Positions 19,304 through 30,467 of a stretch of DNA of 64,000 bases are shown in pieces (the first letter of the stretch is position 1; every line of letters starts with the position of its first letter). The translations under genes and the position numbers were made by a program. The notes beneath the pieces were generated by a model. The model did no database searches. It worked only from the letters and a program-made list of their open reading frames with translations, and was not told where the DNA came from. Source of the stretch: Microbotryum violaceum (taxonomy: Eukaryota); NCBI GenBank assembly GCA_001244265.2, contig CDLV01000004.1:2728001-2792000 (forward strand), in the 5' to 3' direction.

Positions 19304-19445
19304 AACTTTCCTTTGTTTTCCAATTTGTGCCATGTGGAAGAGGTACCGAACGCGGCAGGTAGCGGACCACTGAGCAACGCGGAGCACGCTCGAGTCAGAG
19401 CAACCTGACTCCTGAGTCGCCCGAGTCCTCCTGAGTCAGCAAGTC

Positions 19446-19620
19446 AGGGCCTGTCAGGCCGAAAGCCCGGCCGCACAGAGGCCTATGGTGGAAAAACGCA
19501 CTTTTCTGAACTTATTGTCAGCCTTTTACACATGTCCAAAAACCGCCCAAATTTCCTCGAAAACACGGTCCGAGCGTTTGCGGGCGCGGGGAGGCGCGCG
19601 GGGCGGCTGATCGAAATGAG
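19446..19620 (-). mobile_element. Orphan 3' terminus related to the P-like transposons
   Basis: CCGAAAGCCCGGCC..CAGAGGC..GGAAAAACGC..CGAAAAC..CCGAGCGTTTGCGGGCGCG aligns with the reverse complement of 49340-49551. Confidence 0.7.
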
Positions 19621-20564
19621 AGATCGAGTCCAATGGCGTGGCAGGGCCGCAGGGGTTACAGCTCCGCGAAGCGATGCAAAACAATCATAGCGTTGTGCAA
19701 GCACACCATACTGTTTGATTCCTTCAGGGAGCTACCCCTAATACTGTCGGAATAATATCAGATTTCGTCGCTTCGCCGGGATAGTTTCTCAATTTTGCTT
19801 CCTGCAAGCAACAACTCATACTCATCCTCATACCAATACCTCATACTCCTACAACACTCCTTTGCAATCACATTCCTTACCCTTCTCGAGAAACCCTACA
19901 GTTCAAGTCCAGCTTCAGTTGCTTCGCAGTCCTAACCTGATGATGCTCCCTCGAGAACTCCTCCGGCACCTCGTCCCCGAAAGTCAGTCTCAGCCTAGAC
20001 CTCTCTCCTGCTCTCCTGCCGCGAGGACCGTCATGTGAGGTCCTCCAGGCGCCGAATTTCAGCTCGGACGCCATGAAGCAAAGATCTCCCACCGCCGACA
20101 GTCCCTAATGTTGAGAATAGTGAATTTTAGTATTCGCGGCTGCCACAACAGCAGCAAAATGGCCACACGCGCGAACCCGCTTAAGGATTCGCCCGAGATT
20201 ACGCGCGCTTAACAGCGCTTAACGGTGCATAAGATGTGCATAAGGACGCATACACGCGCGGTTGAATTGGGCGAACCTCATAATCCGCGCATAGCCAGCG
20301 CTGCAATGACTCGCCCTGCTTAAGGATCGCTTAACGCGCGCTTAACGTTTGACCTCGCTTACACTTTCGCATACGTAACTGCGAAGCCTGTACTTGCACA
20401 CGAGGGGGCGGATTGCTTTCTTGACCCCAACAAGTTTCTGTGCTAAAATCCCATCACAAGGCGCTTCACTTGATTTTATTCAATGAGGCTAAGGAGCATA
20501 TATTCAGGAAGTAGTTGGTCCATATAACACCGTGATTTCTACAAAAATAACTTTCCAGCAAAAT

Positions 20565-23500
20565 CTATGAGTCCGCCACTGGAGGCCGTCGAGCAGGCCG
20601 CAATGTGCCCTGCAATGCTTCACGTAATAGGTTTATGGTGAAATGGCGCCCAAGGTGACGAAAAACATGTTGATCCTGGGCGAGATTCACTACAAACTCC
20701 CGATTCCATTGATCCATCACATTCTGAAAATCCAGGTCGGGTGCCAATTCCGCATGGCCTAACAACGGCTGAACAAATGCGGGGCGCAATACGTCCTGAA
20801 CACGGAAGATTTGCTGCACACACTGCCCATCACTTTTCACTTTTTCAGCACCGGCTGTAGGATTGCCAGATTTTGTTCACTGTTTGGGCACTGCAAAGGC
20901 GGAGATTAGGACAGATTTGTAATGGTGTTCGAACTTAGCGACCATGATCACCGCACGGTAGTAGTACTCACCCACTCAAATTCATCTACAATGCAAAGCT
21001 CGTGGCAAGTGCCACCTATGTCCAAGGTAAAAATACCTCTCAAGCGGAAGATCGTGAAAGGGAGGACGAAGTGCAGGCTCTGTCCTTGAAAGTCGCATGG
21101 TTGTGGTATTTGCCGATTGGACCGTAGTTCAAGTTGTGCACAAAGACACAGTCAAAGCGAGTACAGTATTCATCCTGATTGCCGTGCTTGTAACGAAAGG
21201 TTGCTCGTATGACGTGTTTGATGATATCTGAGCGTACATGAGACAAATCAGTATGCTGAGGAGACCAGTGCAGCGTTCTCCTAGTACCAGCTCACCTGCA
21301 TCATCCCTCGTCTGTTCCGGTGTGTTCTGATATATGCGGTTGGAGACTTTGAAGCTGTGATACCACTTTGCTTTTTCATCGTCCAAGGATCCGACCTCTT
21401 CACTTGAGTGTCCAAATTCGAGGAGGTAGCGTGTTGTCTACAAGGCCAGGTGCCACATACGTCAGTTTGACGCCTATTGAACACTCAAACGGAAGAGAAG
21501 GGGGACAGTGGACCGCACGAGCTGAAGAAGGCGAGGCTGTTGGAGAGAGACCTGGAGTTCGTTCATCGTGATCATGCATCGATTGTTACCGGCTGAATGG
21601 GATGGCAGATGCGTTCAAAGTCAGCCAAGGGCTAGGCAAGACTTGCAGTTACAGGCCGGAAACTCACAAGGTCGCGCAGAAAGGTGGAACTCATGTGGAA
21701 CTGGATCAGGTATGGGTAATATGATTCGATCTCCAGTAGATCTCACAAGCTTGTCAAGATCTATCACATTCTCCAAAGATCTGATTTTATCGGCTCGTCT
21801 TGAGTAGTTGATCAGTTGCGAAGCGGTGTTGCACTTGTTGCTGGCTCTATACGCGACCTTGACCGAGTCAATATGGGCACGCTTGGGTCGATACAGTAGG
21901 TCAGTGTAACGTTTGCTCAAGAATTCTATCAGATCAGAGACTGACCTCCGATCTGTTTGTATCGGAGTGTACAGGAACGCCCCACTTCTTGGTCCATTCC
22001 GCGTAGTGTAATACAGAGTGAAGGCGGGGCCAATTGAACCCCAATTTTTCGACCTGTCCGTCGACAATTCGAAATCGATCATACGTGTTTCTCGCAAGCT
22101 GAAATCCGAAGGCACGGAAAGTCACGTAAGTTGAAACATGCAAAAATTCGTTCAGAGGGCATCGACTCACAAACATGTAAGCATCGTACGCAAAATTCAT
22201 ATCGTCTACGTCATCGGCCGTGGCCTCTAGGGACGTGGCGTACATAATTAGCACGGAAAGCAGTGTCATAATTTGGGCGTTTTTGTCGACGAGGGTTCGT
22301 GGTTCGTAGTCGTCTCCGATGATCTGAACATCTGCTTAGAAGCATGTGAATGAATCAGTCAGCACAAGCATTGCGGTCCGAAGATGTAGTATTTTGGAGG
22401 CGCGACTTACCCCACACACTGGCAGGAAAAATTTGCGTGATCCCGGCAAAAGATATCAGAATTGACGCTACTAATAAAAACGCATGAAGTTGAAAGAATT
22501 CACTCTTGTTCATCAAGTCGCGCGTATGTTTACCGGTCCAGTTGGAATGCTGAAACCCGTCCTTGAAGCGACGCAGTTGTGAATGAAGGGGCATCAAACG
22601 CATACTGTTGTACAATATTCGACATCTCAGATCGCATGCTTGTTCTTGATTGATTCAATCAAACTTATTTCAGCTCGATTCTGCCAATTAGTTCGTCGAT
22701 TTTTTGCTTGTTTCTCCGGGGATGAGCATCAGCGGCGATTTGTGCGCATGTCTCAATGAAAAAGTCGTCAATAGTGATGTCTTTCACCATGCCTGATGAG
22801 AGAAGGAGGAGAGAAAGAAAGGATCAATGAAAATGAGAAGCCGTCTATAGCTAGCAACACTGACCTTTGATCAGCTGGTGGAGAGGATCAGCCGCCATGA
22901 GCTCATGCCCATTGACCCCTAAATAATCCCAGACGGTCTGAGCCTCAGGAAGGGACTGATTCAGTGAACAGGAGCTGAGGGTGATAATCCTGCAAAATTT
23001 ACCCTGCCAAGGTGATAGCCTCCTTCTTTGGCCGCCTTTGTCTGCGCTGTGATTGTCTTGAACTGGCTTGCTGCCCTTCTGACTTCGTAGGCATCGGCAC
23101 TCGTACGAGGGACGGCAGGGCCTTCTTGAAGCTTGAGTGGTTCTTGTACACAGCTAGCAGCACAAACATAGTGAGCCCATGTAAGTCAAATCTGCAGGCG
23201 ATCAAACGCTAGCTGTCATCCACCTACCAAGGAACGTAGCCCTGAACAAGGGATGTAAGCCAACATGCCTCCGGATAGTCAACAGATACCGGTCCAAAGT
23301 ACACCCTGATGTATCGATAGTGGCCATCCGCAAATTGGAAGAGGTGTCGGCCTGAAAGAAGGTGTCTGATCGGAGCCCACAATATCCTGTAGGATTCGAG
23401 CTATTCTATCAGAGCTCTCCGCTACGTCGACCGAGCCGAGACAGCTTACTCTAGAGCTCGATGGAGCACCCTGCGTTTGTATATACGGAACATCTCGTCA

Positions 23501-25026
23501 TTGCCTTTGTCCGCCACTTGGATTCGAGTGGGAGGCGGATGCCACAGCATTAGCAACAGCCAGCCCACCGTTGGCAAAATAGAAGCCCCGGGCGATACTC
23601 ACTTTCCACTTTAGGAAGGAAAGCTATATCGACCAAACCGCCATGGTTTTCACGTTTGAGGAATCCGGCGTTGACCCCTAGAGACATATACACAGGATGG
23701 GCCGAGGCAGTCCCAGTTCCGATCGACAAGACAGTTGAATCCGAGCTGGTGTCAATGCGAATGGCCACATCGGTCGGGTCGTCGAGAGTGTCCTGCGGGC
23801 GGCTACTAGTCAGTTCTCTTGATGGACTTTGCGCCGGGCGATTTCAACATCCATCCAGCGCTTACTTGCATCTCCCACTGGCACGCTTTGTCTGCGGTAT
23901 GTGGCGCCCCATATACCCGTTGCTCCTGACCGTTTGATTTGATCTCGAACACCTTCATGGGTCGCAGATGCTGGTGACCGCAGAATACGGGATTGAAGAG
24001 AAGATGTTGGAGCACATGATGCGCGTCCCGACATCGGAACGTATGTTCCTGTGAATAGAAGTGTCGAGGTTAATCGGCTCGAACCTGCTCGTGTCCCTGT
24101 CCTGGACTGGCAGCGCTTACCAGCTGCAAAAATGGAAGCTCAGCATCACTATTCGACCACCCTAAGTCCTCCGCAGTTACGATGATTTTTCTTCGCGCCA
24201 TTCAGTGTGAGGAGCTAGGTAATGGAGGAGCACGATTTAGAGTTAAGTGGAAGATTGGAGAGCTCAAAACACTTGCACAAAGCTCGCCATAGGGTATTTT
24301 TTCGATTGTAGATCTGAGTTGAAGCCTGTTGCTGAAGGCATGGTCCGCCTGCGGAGTGATATCTCGGGACTTAGATGGCGGATTTGACCCCGTTCCAGCG
24401 TCCACAACTTCGGCCGAACATACCTGAAGAAACGAGTTGTTGAAAGTGACCATCGCATTGAATAGAGACTCAGACATTGAGCGAGTCAACAGTGCATACT
24501 GATAACCCTTTTCGTTCTGGAACGGATAAAAGACGTTGTTCGGGTCGAACAAATGGGCATGCGGAACCGTTGGAGGCGGAGTGTGTTCATCACAAAGTTG
24601 TCCGTCGGCTCGGCAAGCCCAGCCTGCGAGCGGAGGTTGTTCTACTCGAAACTTTCTCTTTTGGTGAGCGTCCCACTCGGGCTGGTCATCGAAGGTATGA
24701 TCATACTCAGAGTCTGATGAACTGTCGCTCGAGGAGTCGTCATCGTAGTCGCTACCGCTCGAGTTGAAGCCGTCGACGTCGCAGTCGGGCCAACCGTTTC
24801 TGAGGTTCTTCTGTCGTCTGCGGCGTCGGCGAAAGAACTCTTGGCGAGAGCGCTGTTGTCTAATAACTTGGAGGTGACTTCGTTCAGCAGCCGATGACGT
24901 GGGTAGTGCACGGTCGAGCGGTCGGGGCCTTCCGTGAACGTGCAAATGTGCTTCGAGATTGCGCACATGGTGGAATGATCTCTGACAACCAGCAATGTTG
25001 CATCGGAATTGACTCATTTTGGGCAT
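20565..25026 (-). pseudogene. Multi-exon Plavaka transposase with N-terminal C2H2 zinc finger, degenerate
   Basis: C2H2 CNIAGCQRSFHHVRNLEAHLHVH. SSDSTVLSIGTG...HPVYMSLG...AFLP, DPLHQLIKG, LRRFKDGFQHSNWTG and RFDCVFV match my recollection of the Plavaka family. Stops and frameshifts are present. Confidence 0.8.
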
Positions 25027-25299
25027 TCAATGGGTCGTATCAACACTTGCAGACGCCCCAGCCCAAGGCTCAGGCTCTACAGTCCTCAATCGCCGGACAA
25101 GCTTTAAGACGCAATCCACCGCAAGGTAGGGTTGCCAGTTGTACACCAGGCTCGTCTTTGTCGTTTGCGAGATCGTTGCCCCTGGTCAAAGGGAACCTCG
25201 ATGTCAATGCCCCCTACGACTCGGACGGGGCGCACAACCGCAAGCCAATAGATCAAGAGACTTTGGATTCAAAGCCCAACCGTTGACAAGCATCCGACT

Positions 25300-26664
25300 T
25301 GACTCGAGAGCAGAAGATGGTCGCTAGCGCCTGGTTCCAAACTATCTTCATGCAGAATATTCTCAACGGCCAAGGCCTGTGGCGTGTCAAAAGGGTATTA
25401 CTGTTTCATCCCACTTAGAATAGTTTAGTATCTAGTTGTTGATATTAGCCGCGCGCGCGCCTCTAGCCTTCCAAGTGCGCGCGCCCTTAGCGCTTCTCTC
25501 TCTTCTCCAACTATCTTTACTATCTTCTTCGGCTCTCGTGCTTACGTACATCGTGCCTCGGGCCTCAGGTTCCTAAAATGGCGAACAAAGAGATCGCTTT
25601 ACGCCCAGTCTCAGCTCGTAGTGGAGGTCTACAACGAAAACGCTGAGAGGCCTATCGAGTGGTCATCGAAGATTGCCGACCTTGTGCGGCATTCTTCCCC
25701 GCCTACGGTGATAACTTGCCAGCGCTGACAACACCTGTGTTTCCTTCAAGCAGATCGTTTCGAAGAATCTGGGATTCTTGAATTTGATCAAAAGGACGGT
25801 GCTGAAGTACACCTACAAAGCATACAAACTGGACCCGAACAGGCAACGTGAGGCATTGACCGCCAAGGCCGCACTCTATCTCCAACCTACTAAATGGGTG
25901 GCCAAAGAGTTACGTTGCGGTGCGGGAACGGTAAGCCTTTCCAAAGCCCCGCTACCAGCTCCTTCGAGTGCGATTCAGCGTTGTGGCCATATGTTTTGGC
26001 ACCAAGCTGCTTACAACATCTTTCTCCCTCAGGGTGGGGTTGACATGAACGATTGCTCCTTCGAGGCCGAGGATGGTTTTCAAAACGACCTTCTGTACGA
26101 GATCTTTGTTCAGATTGTCGCCGGCATAAGGAAAGAAAAATCTGCTGCTTTCCAATGGCCAAAGGAAGGTCTCGACCCGAACAACGATGATCATTGCGAG
26201 CTTGCATTCGCTCTTTTGACTCATGCATATGCCGGCGTAAGTCCCTCAACTGTTCAGCAATGTCCATTTCAAACTACCAATCATATCGCTACATTCTTGC
26301 TATGACGGATCAGGTTCGGTATGCCATGCAGGTCTTTACGCCGCCCCCATCGCTCCCCGAATCGTCCGACGCTGGCAGAAATGCGAATGTGGCAAAGCAA
26401 ACCGTAGCGCTCTGGCACGAGTTCTTGGCCACTCACTATCAGGGTCCCGTCGTGGCCATACTGCGTAGGCGTCGTAGAGAAGGCTCTGGTCCTTTTTACT
26501 CAGAAGCTATGCAGGTACGAGTCACCAATCAAGTACAGAACAGCGTGGATGTAGCACTCCTTGAGGAGTATCGAGGGCCCGGGGTTTCTAGGCGGGGAAC
26601 CGGTGATGAGATGAGGATCACAGCCCAACGGGCTTGCGACTTTGAAGAGTCTCTCTTCACTTGA
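25300..26664 (+). pseudogene. Second, divergently oriented gene of the Plavaka element (possibly DUF6532-like), interrupted by a solo LTR; start not resolved
   Basis: The frame ..NILNGQGLWR|TKRSLYAQ.. is continuous across the LTR. Spliced continuation 25778-26236 and 26313-26664. Confidence 0.6.
25385..25578 (+). mobile_element. Solo LTR of the Copia-D family; TSD TGGCG
   Basis: 194 bp, nearly identical to 54398-54591 and 59041-59234. TGGCG at 25380-25384 and 25579-25583. Confidence 0.96.
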
Positions 26665-26829
26665 CTGTAGTATATGAGTGTATCATAGGCTTATAAGGAC
26701 AACAGATCAGGGGCTGCAAAGATAAGACTGCCTAAACAGCCGCTTAAAACACGGTCTGTAGTTCGGATAAAGTCGCTTTAGGACCGCTTTACGCCGCATA
26801 AGAGGGCTTACGGACCGCTTTGCGTATGC

Positions 26830-27945
26830 AAACAAAGCGCGCGAGGAGTCTAGCTGGGATGAAGTCGGATTTGCAGCATAAGAACCAGGCATCCCGTAAC
26901 AAACGGGATGGGTTGAAAATCTACCCACGAGAGACCATAGATAAGAAAGTAAAGGAAAGAAATAGACCAACAAGGCTGTTTTTGTATTTATTTATTTTGA
27001 AGGGTGGGTGGGAGGAGACGAAGATAGAACGACTATGCTTGTAAAGCGCGATTCTATTAGTACTCGGAATACTGCAAAGACCCTGAGGACTATGGCATAC
27101 CTATACTTGTAAAGCGTGTCGCTTGGAGACAAGAAGACAGCAAAGGAAAACAGACCTCGGATGCTGGTACGTCGAGGTTGGGTTTGTGTAGCAAGGTAGC
27201 CAAGTCAGTCAACGTGTCCAACAAGGACAGTCGAAAGCAGGAGTACCCTAAGGTAGAGCCTGAAAGGGGGTGATGTACCTCGGCTCTTTGAGCGAGACGC
27301 AGGCGAACAGGAGAGAGGCGCAGCACTGGCAGGTGCAGGCAAAGGGAAAACAGACCTCGGACTGGCACGTTGAGGGGGGGTCTGTGTAGCAGGGTAGCCA
27401 AGTCAGTCAACGTGTCCAACAAGGACAGTCGAGAGTAGGAGTACCCTAAGGTAGAGCCTGAAGGTGGGCAATGTACCTCGGCTCTTTGAGCGAGACGCAG
27501 TCAAACCCGAAAGAGGCGCAGCACTGGCAGGTGCAGGCGGACAGCTGCATACAAAGTATGGAGCGTCAGTCAACCATCCAACAAAGGAGTGTTGAAAAAG
27601 AGAGGCGTACACAGTGGCAGCTGTTTGTCGTCAACTGGTAAGGCAGAAGACTGGAAGGCGGAAGCTGTACGGTATCGCTGGGGGGGGGGTCCTGTGAGGA
27701 GCTCGGAACTTGTCAGCCAATTGGCGGCAGGAGCTGGCTTGGTAAACTCTGCGTAAGTGCGGCCTACAGACCAAGGCTCGAGGCAGACGTGCGGCGCACG
27801 GCTTATTGCAAGAGGGGCAGGCGTGCGGCGCACGGCTTATTGCAAGGGGGGCAGGCGTGCGAGCACGGCTTACTGCAAGGAGGGTAGAGGTCGCGCGCGC
27901 TTGAGTCCTCGGCGTCAAACTCTTGCAGCAAAAGCAGAAAAGACC
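26830..27945. mobile_element. Second unclassified non-coding insertion ending ..CGTCAAA..GAAAAGACC (left boundary inferred)
   Basis: Splits the Plavaka subterminal repeat field (tatgc|ataag). Contains an ~200-bp tandem duplication (27145-27537) and three ~32-bp repeats (27789-27880). Confidence 0.62.
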
Positions 27946-28122
27946 ATAAGTGCGCCGCAAGCGCGCCGTAAGAGTCCCTTATCTAGGGTACACTTCAGCG
28001 ACACTTAACGCGCGCGCGGCTTAACGAGTGGTCAAGGGCGCTTAAGAGCAGCTCTAGGCCGCTTAACGACTGCTTTACGAGGTTTCGCGCGCTTACGCGC
28101 GTTTGGCCATTTTGCTGATGAA

Positions 28123-28517
28123 GGAATCCATATCGCACCTGGCCGGGTGACCATAAAGGCTCTGTAGCGTAAACCCATGGGCTCCTTGAAATATATCTCC
28201 ATGGAGCCTATAAAGTCCACCATGTCAAGCCTATAGAGAGTCCACCGGGGACCCCTGCGGCCCCTCCGTGCGGCGGATCCATGGCGAGCTCCATGGAACC
28301 TCAGCACGGATCTCCAATGGTGCCCGTACAGGTCTCCGACCCGGAGGTCATGTGGGCCAAGCTCACGGAGTCTCCATGTTTTCAACGCAGGGCCCAGACG
28401 GAAGTCACCCATATGGATTCCAGATCGAATTGCATTATGGACCCCGCAAAAATTCCAGGCGGAGGCAAGAAACTAGACGCGCCCATGCGGAGCCCATAGG
28501 GCTCACGCGCCGATGTG
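28123..28517. mobile_element. Terminal fragment of another CACTA/CMC-like element that hosts the Plavaka insertion
   Basis: Ends ..GCGCCGATGTG (reverse complement starts CAC) exactly at the junction with the LTR. Repeated CCATGG/CCCATGGGCTCC/GGAGCCCAT motifs. Confidence 0.55.
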
Positions 28518-28862
28518 TAGCAGTGGCGCGGGCGCGCGGGTGCTGTGCGGGGACCGGTAGAGGCGGCAGAGGCGGCTGGTTGTTAACATGAGATTGCGTC
28601 TTTTTGGGCCAGCTGTTTTTCTCTCTTCTCCACCACGCACTCGATATCACATCTCGCCTAGTTGGTCTGTTACAGTCGATTGACCTTTAGCGACCCACTA
28701 TCTCACAACTTATAGGTTAGCTGAAATACATTACCACGCACTCGATATCACATCTCGCCTCGTCGCTCTGTTACAGTTGATTGACCTTTAGCGACCCACT
28801 ATCTCACAATAGGTCATCCATCGACGCCACGTAACTAGAGACGCTCCTACAACAACACCTTG

Positions 28863-30033
28863 CGTCACACATGGCGCTTGGGCTCCTGTGCGCCGGCTCC
28901 GATCAATACACCCTCGGGACCTCAAACACCGCGGTTGCAGCACTTGGCAGCACTTGGCGTCCCCGCTTTCCCACCCACACCCGGTGAAAACCGTTCCCAT
29001 CTGCAAGCCTACAGGCTTCTGTGGACCATCTACGGCAGCAAGGTCTTTGAAACGTGGTTCGGCGACTCGGAGTGGCAAACTTGGGGCTTCGTCGTCGTCA
29101 TCAACGGCGAAAAAGACTGCTTCAAGGACCGGGTCGACGTCCACAGCTAACGAACTGCTCTTTCGATCTACTTCGATTGACTGTCTCGCTCAGCCCCCTC
29201 GAAAGCCTGTCGTTCCGTCGGCTGCCCACGCCGAAGGTTCCTTCAAGTTTCGTCGCCGAGGATTTATGTTCGACTTCACGGCATCTGGTTCTCGGACCCG
29301 ACGGAAGCCCAAGCGCTCTCCGTTTACCCTGTGCATCACCACGCGCCTTCTTTATCTGTTTTGAAACGCTTGTCGCGTGTGGCACGGACGATTCGGGAGA
29401 TTGTCGGGCTGCGCTTGAGGGCGATGGGGAAGAGGCTGGAGGCGAGAACGGGGACGGGGACGCCGAGCTGGAGTGATGACTTTGGGAAGAGCTTGCTTGA
29501 GGCTTGGCAGTAGGCGCTCCAAAGGTTTTGAAGCTGCAATCCAGCTGTTTCTTCCTGTGCTCTGTGCAAGATGGGCACATCATTTTGTTTGCCTGGGAGA
29601 AGCCTACATGACTCATAGGAGCAAAGCCACCCGAGAAAGAGAAACGACACTGCTGTCAGGAGAATCTGAATATGCGAATTGAGGTTGCAGATGGCTGATC
29701 GTCTACTACTACATAAGATACTGGTGTAAATTTTCTTGATGCTGTTGGACACCCATCATCTCGGTACGAAAACGTCTCTGTCCCTGACGCCGATCGTCCT
29801 GGCCCGATGTTTGATCAGGCTTCCTTCCTCAATCGTTGCAGCTGGTTTGTAGGAAGAAGTCTAAGATCAGTTGAGTCTACAAATCCCACGTGCACGACCT
29901 TGGCCCAACTGACCAATACGCGATGTTTCGAAGCGACTCGCTCCCATTCCTTCCTCTTGGGTACATAGGCGTGCAGCCTCAAGTTGTCCAGCGGCGCTGC
30001 TCGTTGCGCCAACTTCTTGGCCAAGGCTTCCAT
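28863..30033 (-). pseudogene. Degenerate gene of unknown function, hit by the Copia-A solo LTR
   Basis: Collinear minus-strand segments MEALAKKLAQ.., CPSCTEHRKKQLDC.. and DVDPVLEAVFF.. with stops. Probably continues at 10074-10209. Confidence 0.35.
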
Positions 30034-30467
30034 GGTCGGTGACGCTTGTTTGAGTCGTCTTCTTTCGGCTTGGTGGGAGGTCGGCGAGGATTGAGGAGGG
30101 AGACGGAGAAGGAGCGGAGGGATCGACGACAGCGGGATCGGTCGAACGCAGAGAAGTACGGTCGGACGCATTGCTACGAGTTTATGGATGCAGAGGTGAG
30201 TGGCTATCTTTGAAACCGAGGTTGCGGGTCAAAGAGTGTAGAGAGCTGACCGGAGCTCGAATCAAGTTGCGAGCCGGCGCCGGTGCTGAATAGAAGGATG
30301 TGCGAAAGTGTCGAGCTGGACGACCGATTGGATCTGTTTAGAGTGATGATGTTGATCCCTGCTGCTTTGAGGTGTAGGTCAACGTAAGGGTGTGGCTGGG
30401 AGCAGACACGAATGAGGCCGTAATGCCGTTCCGTTCTCGCTTTCGTTTCGCAGGCGGCGGGTAGCGG

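Larger units (their letters stand above)
20149..28120 (-). mobile_element. Plavaka-type (CMC/EnSpm-related) DNA transposon with ~25-bp TIRs and 2-bp TSD AA
   Basis: TIRs CAGCAGCAAAATGGCCACACGCGCG / CATCAGCAAAATGGCCAAACGCGCG. AA at 20147-20148 and 28121-28122. Dense subterminal GCTTAA/GCATAA repeats at both ends. Confidence 0.88.

Noticed and set aside
27145-27880. CRISPR-like array
   Set aside because: Eukaryotic context; these are simple tandem duplications without unique spacers.
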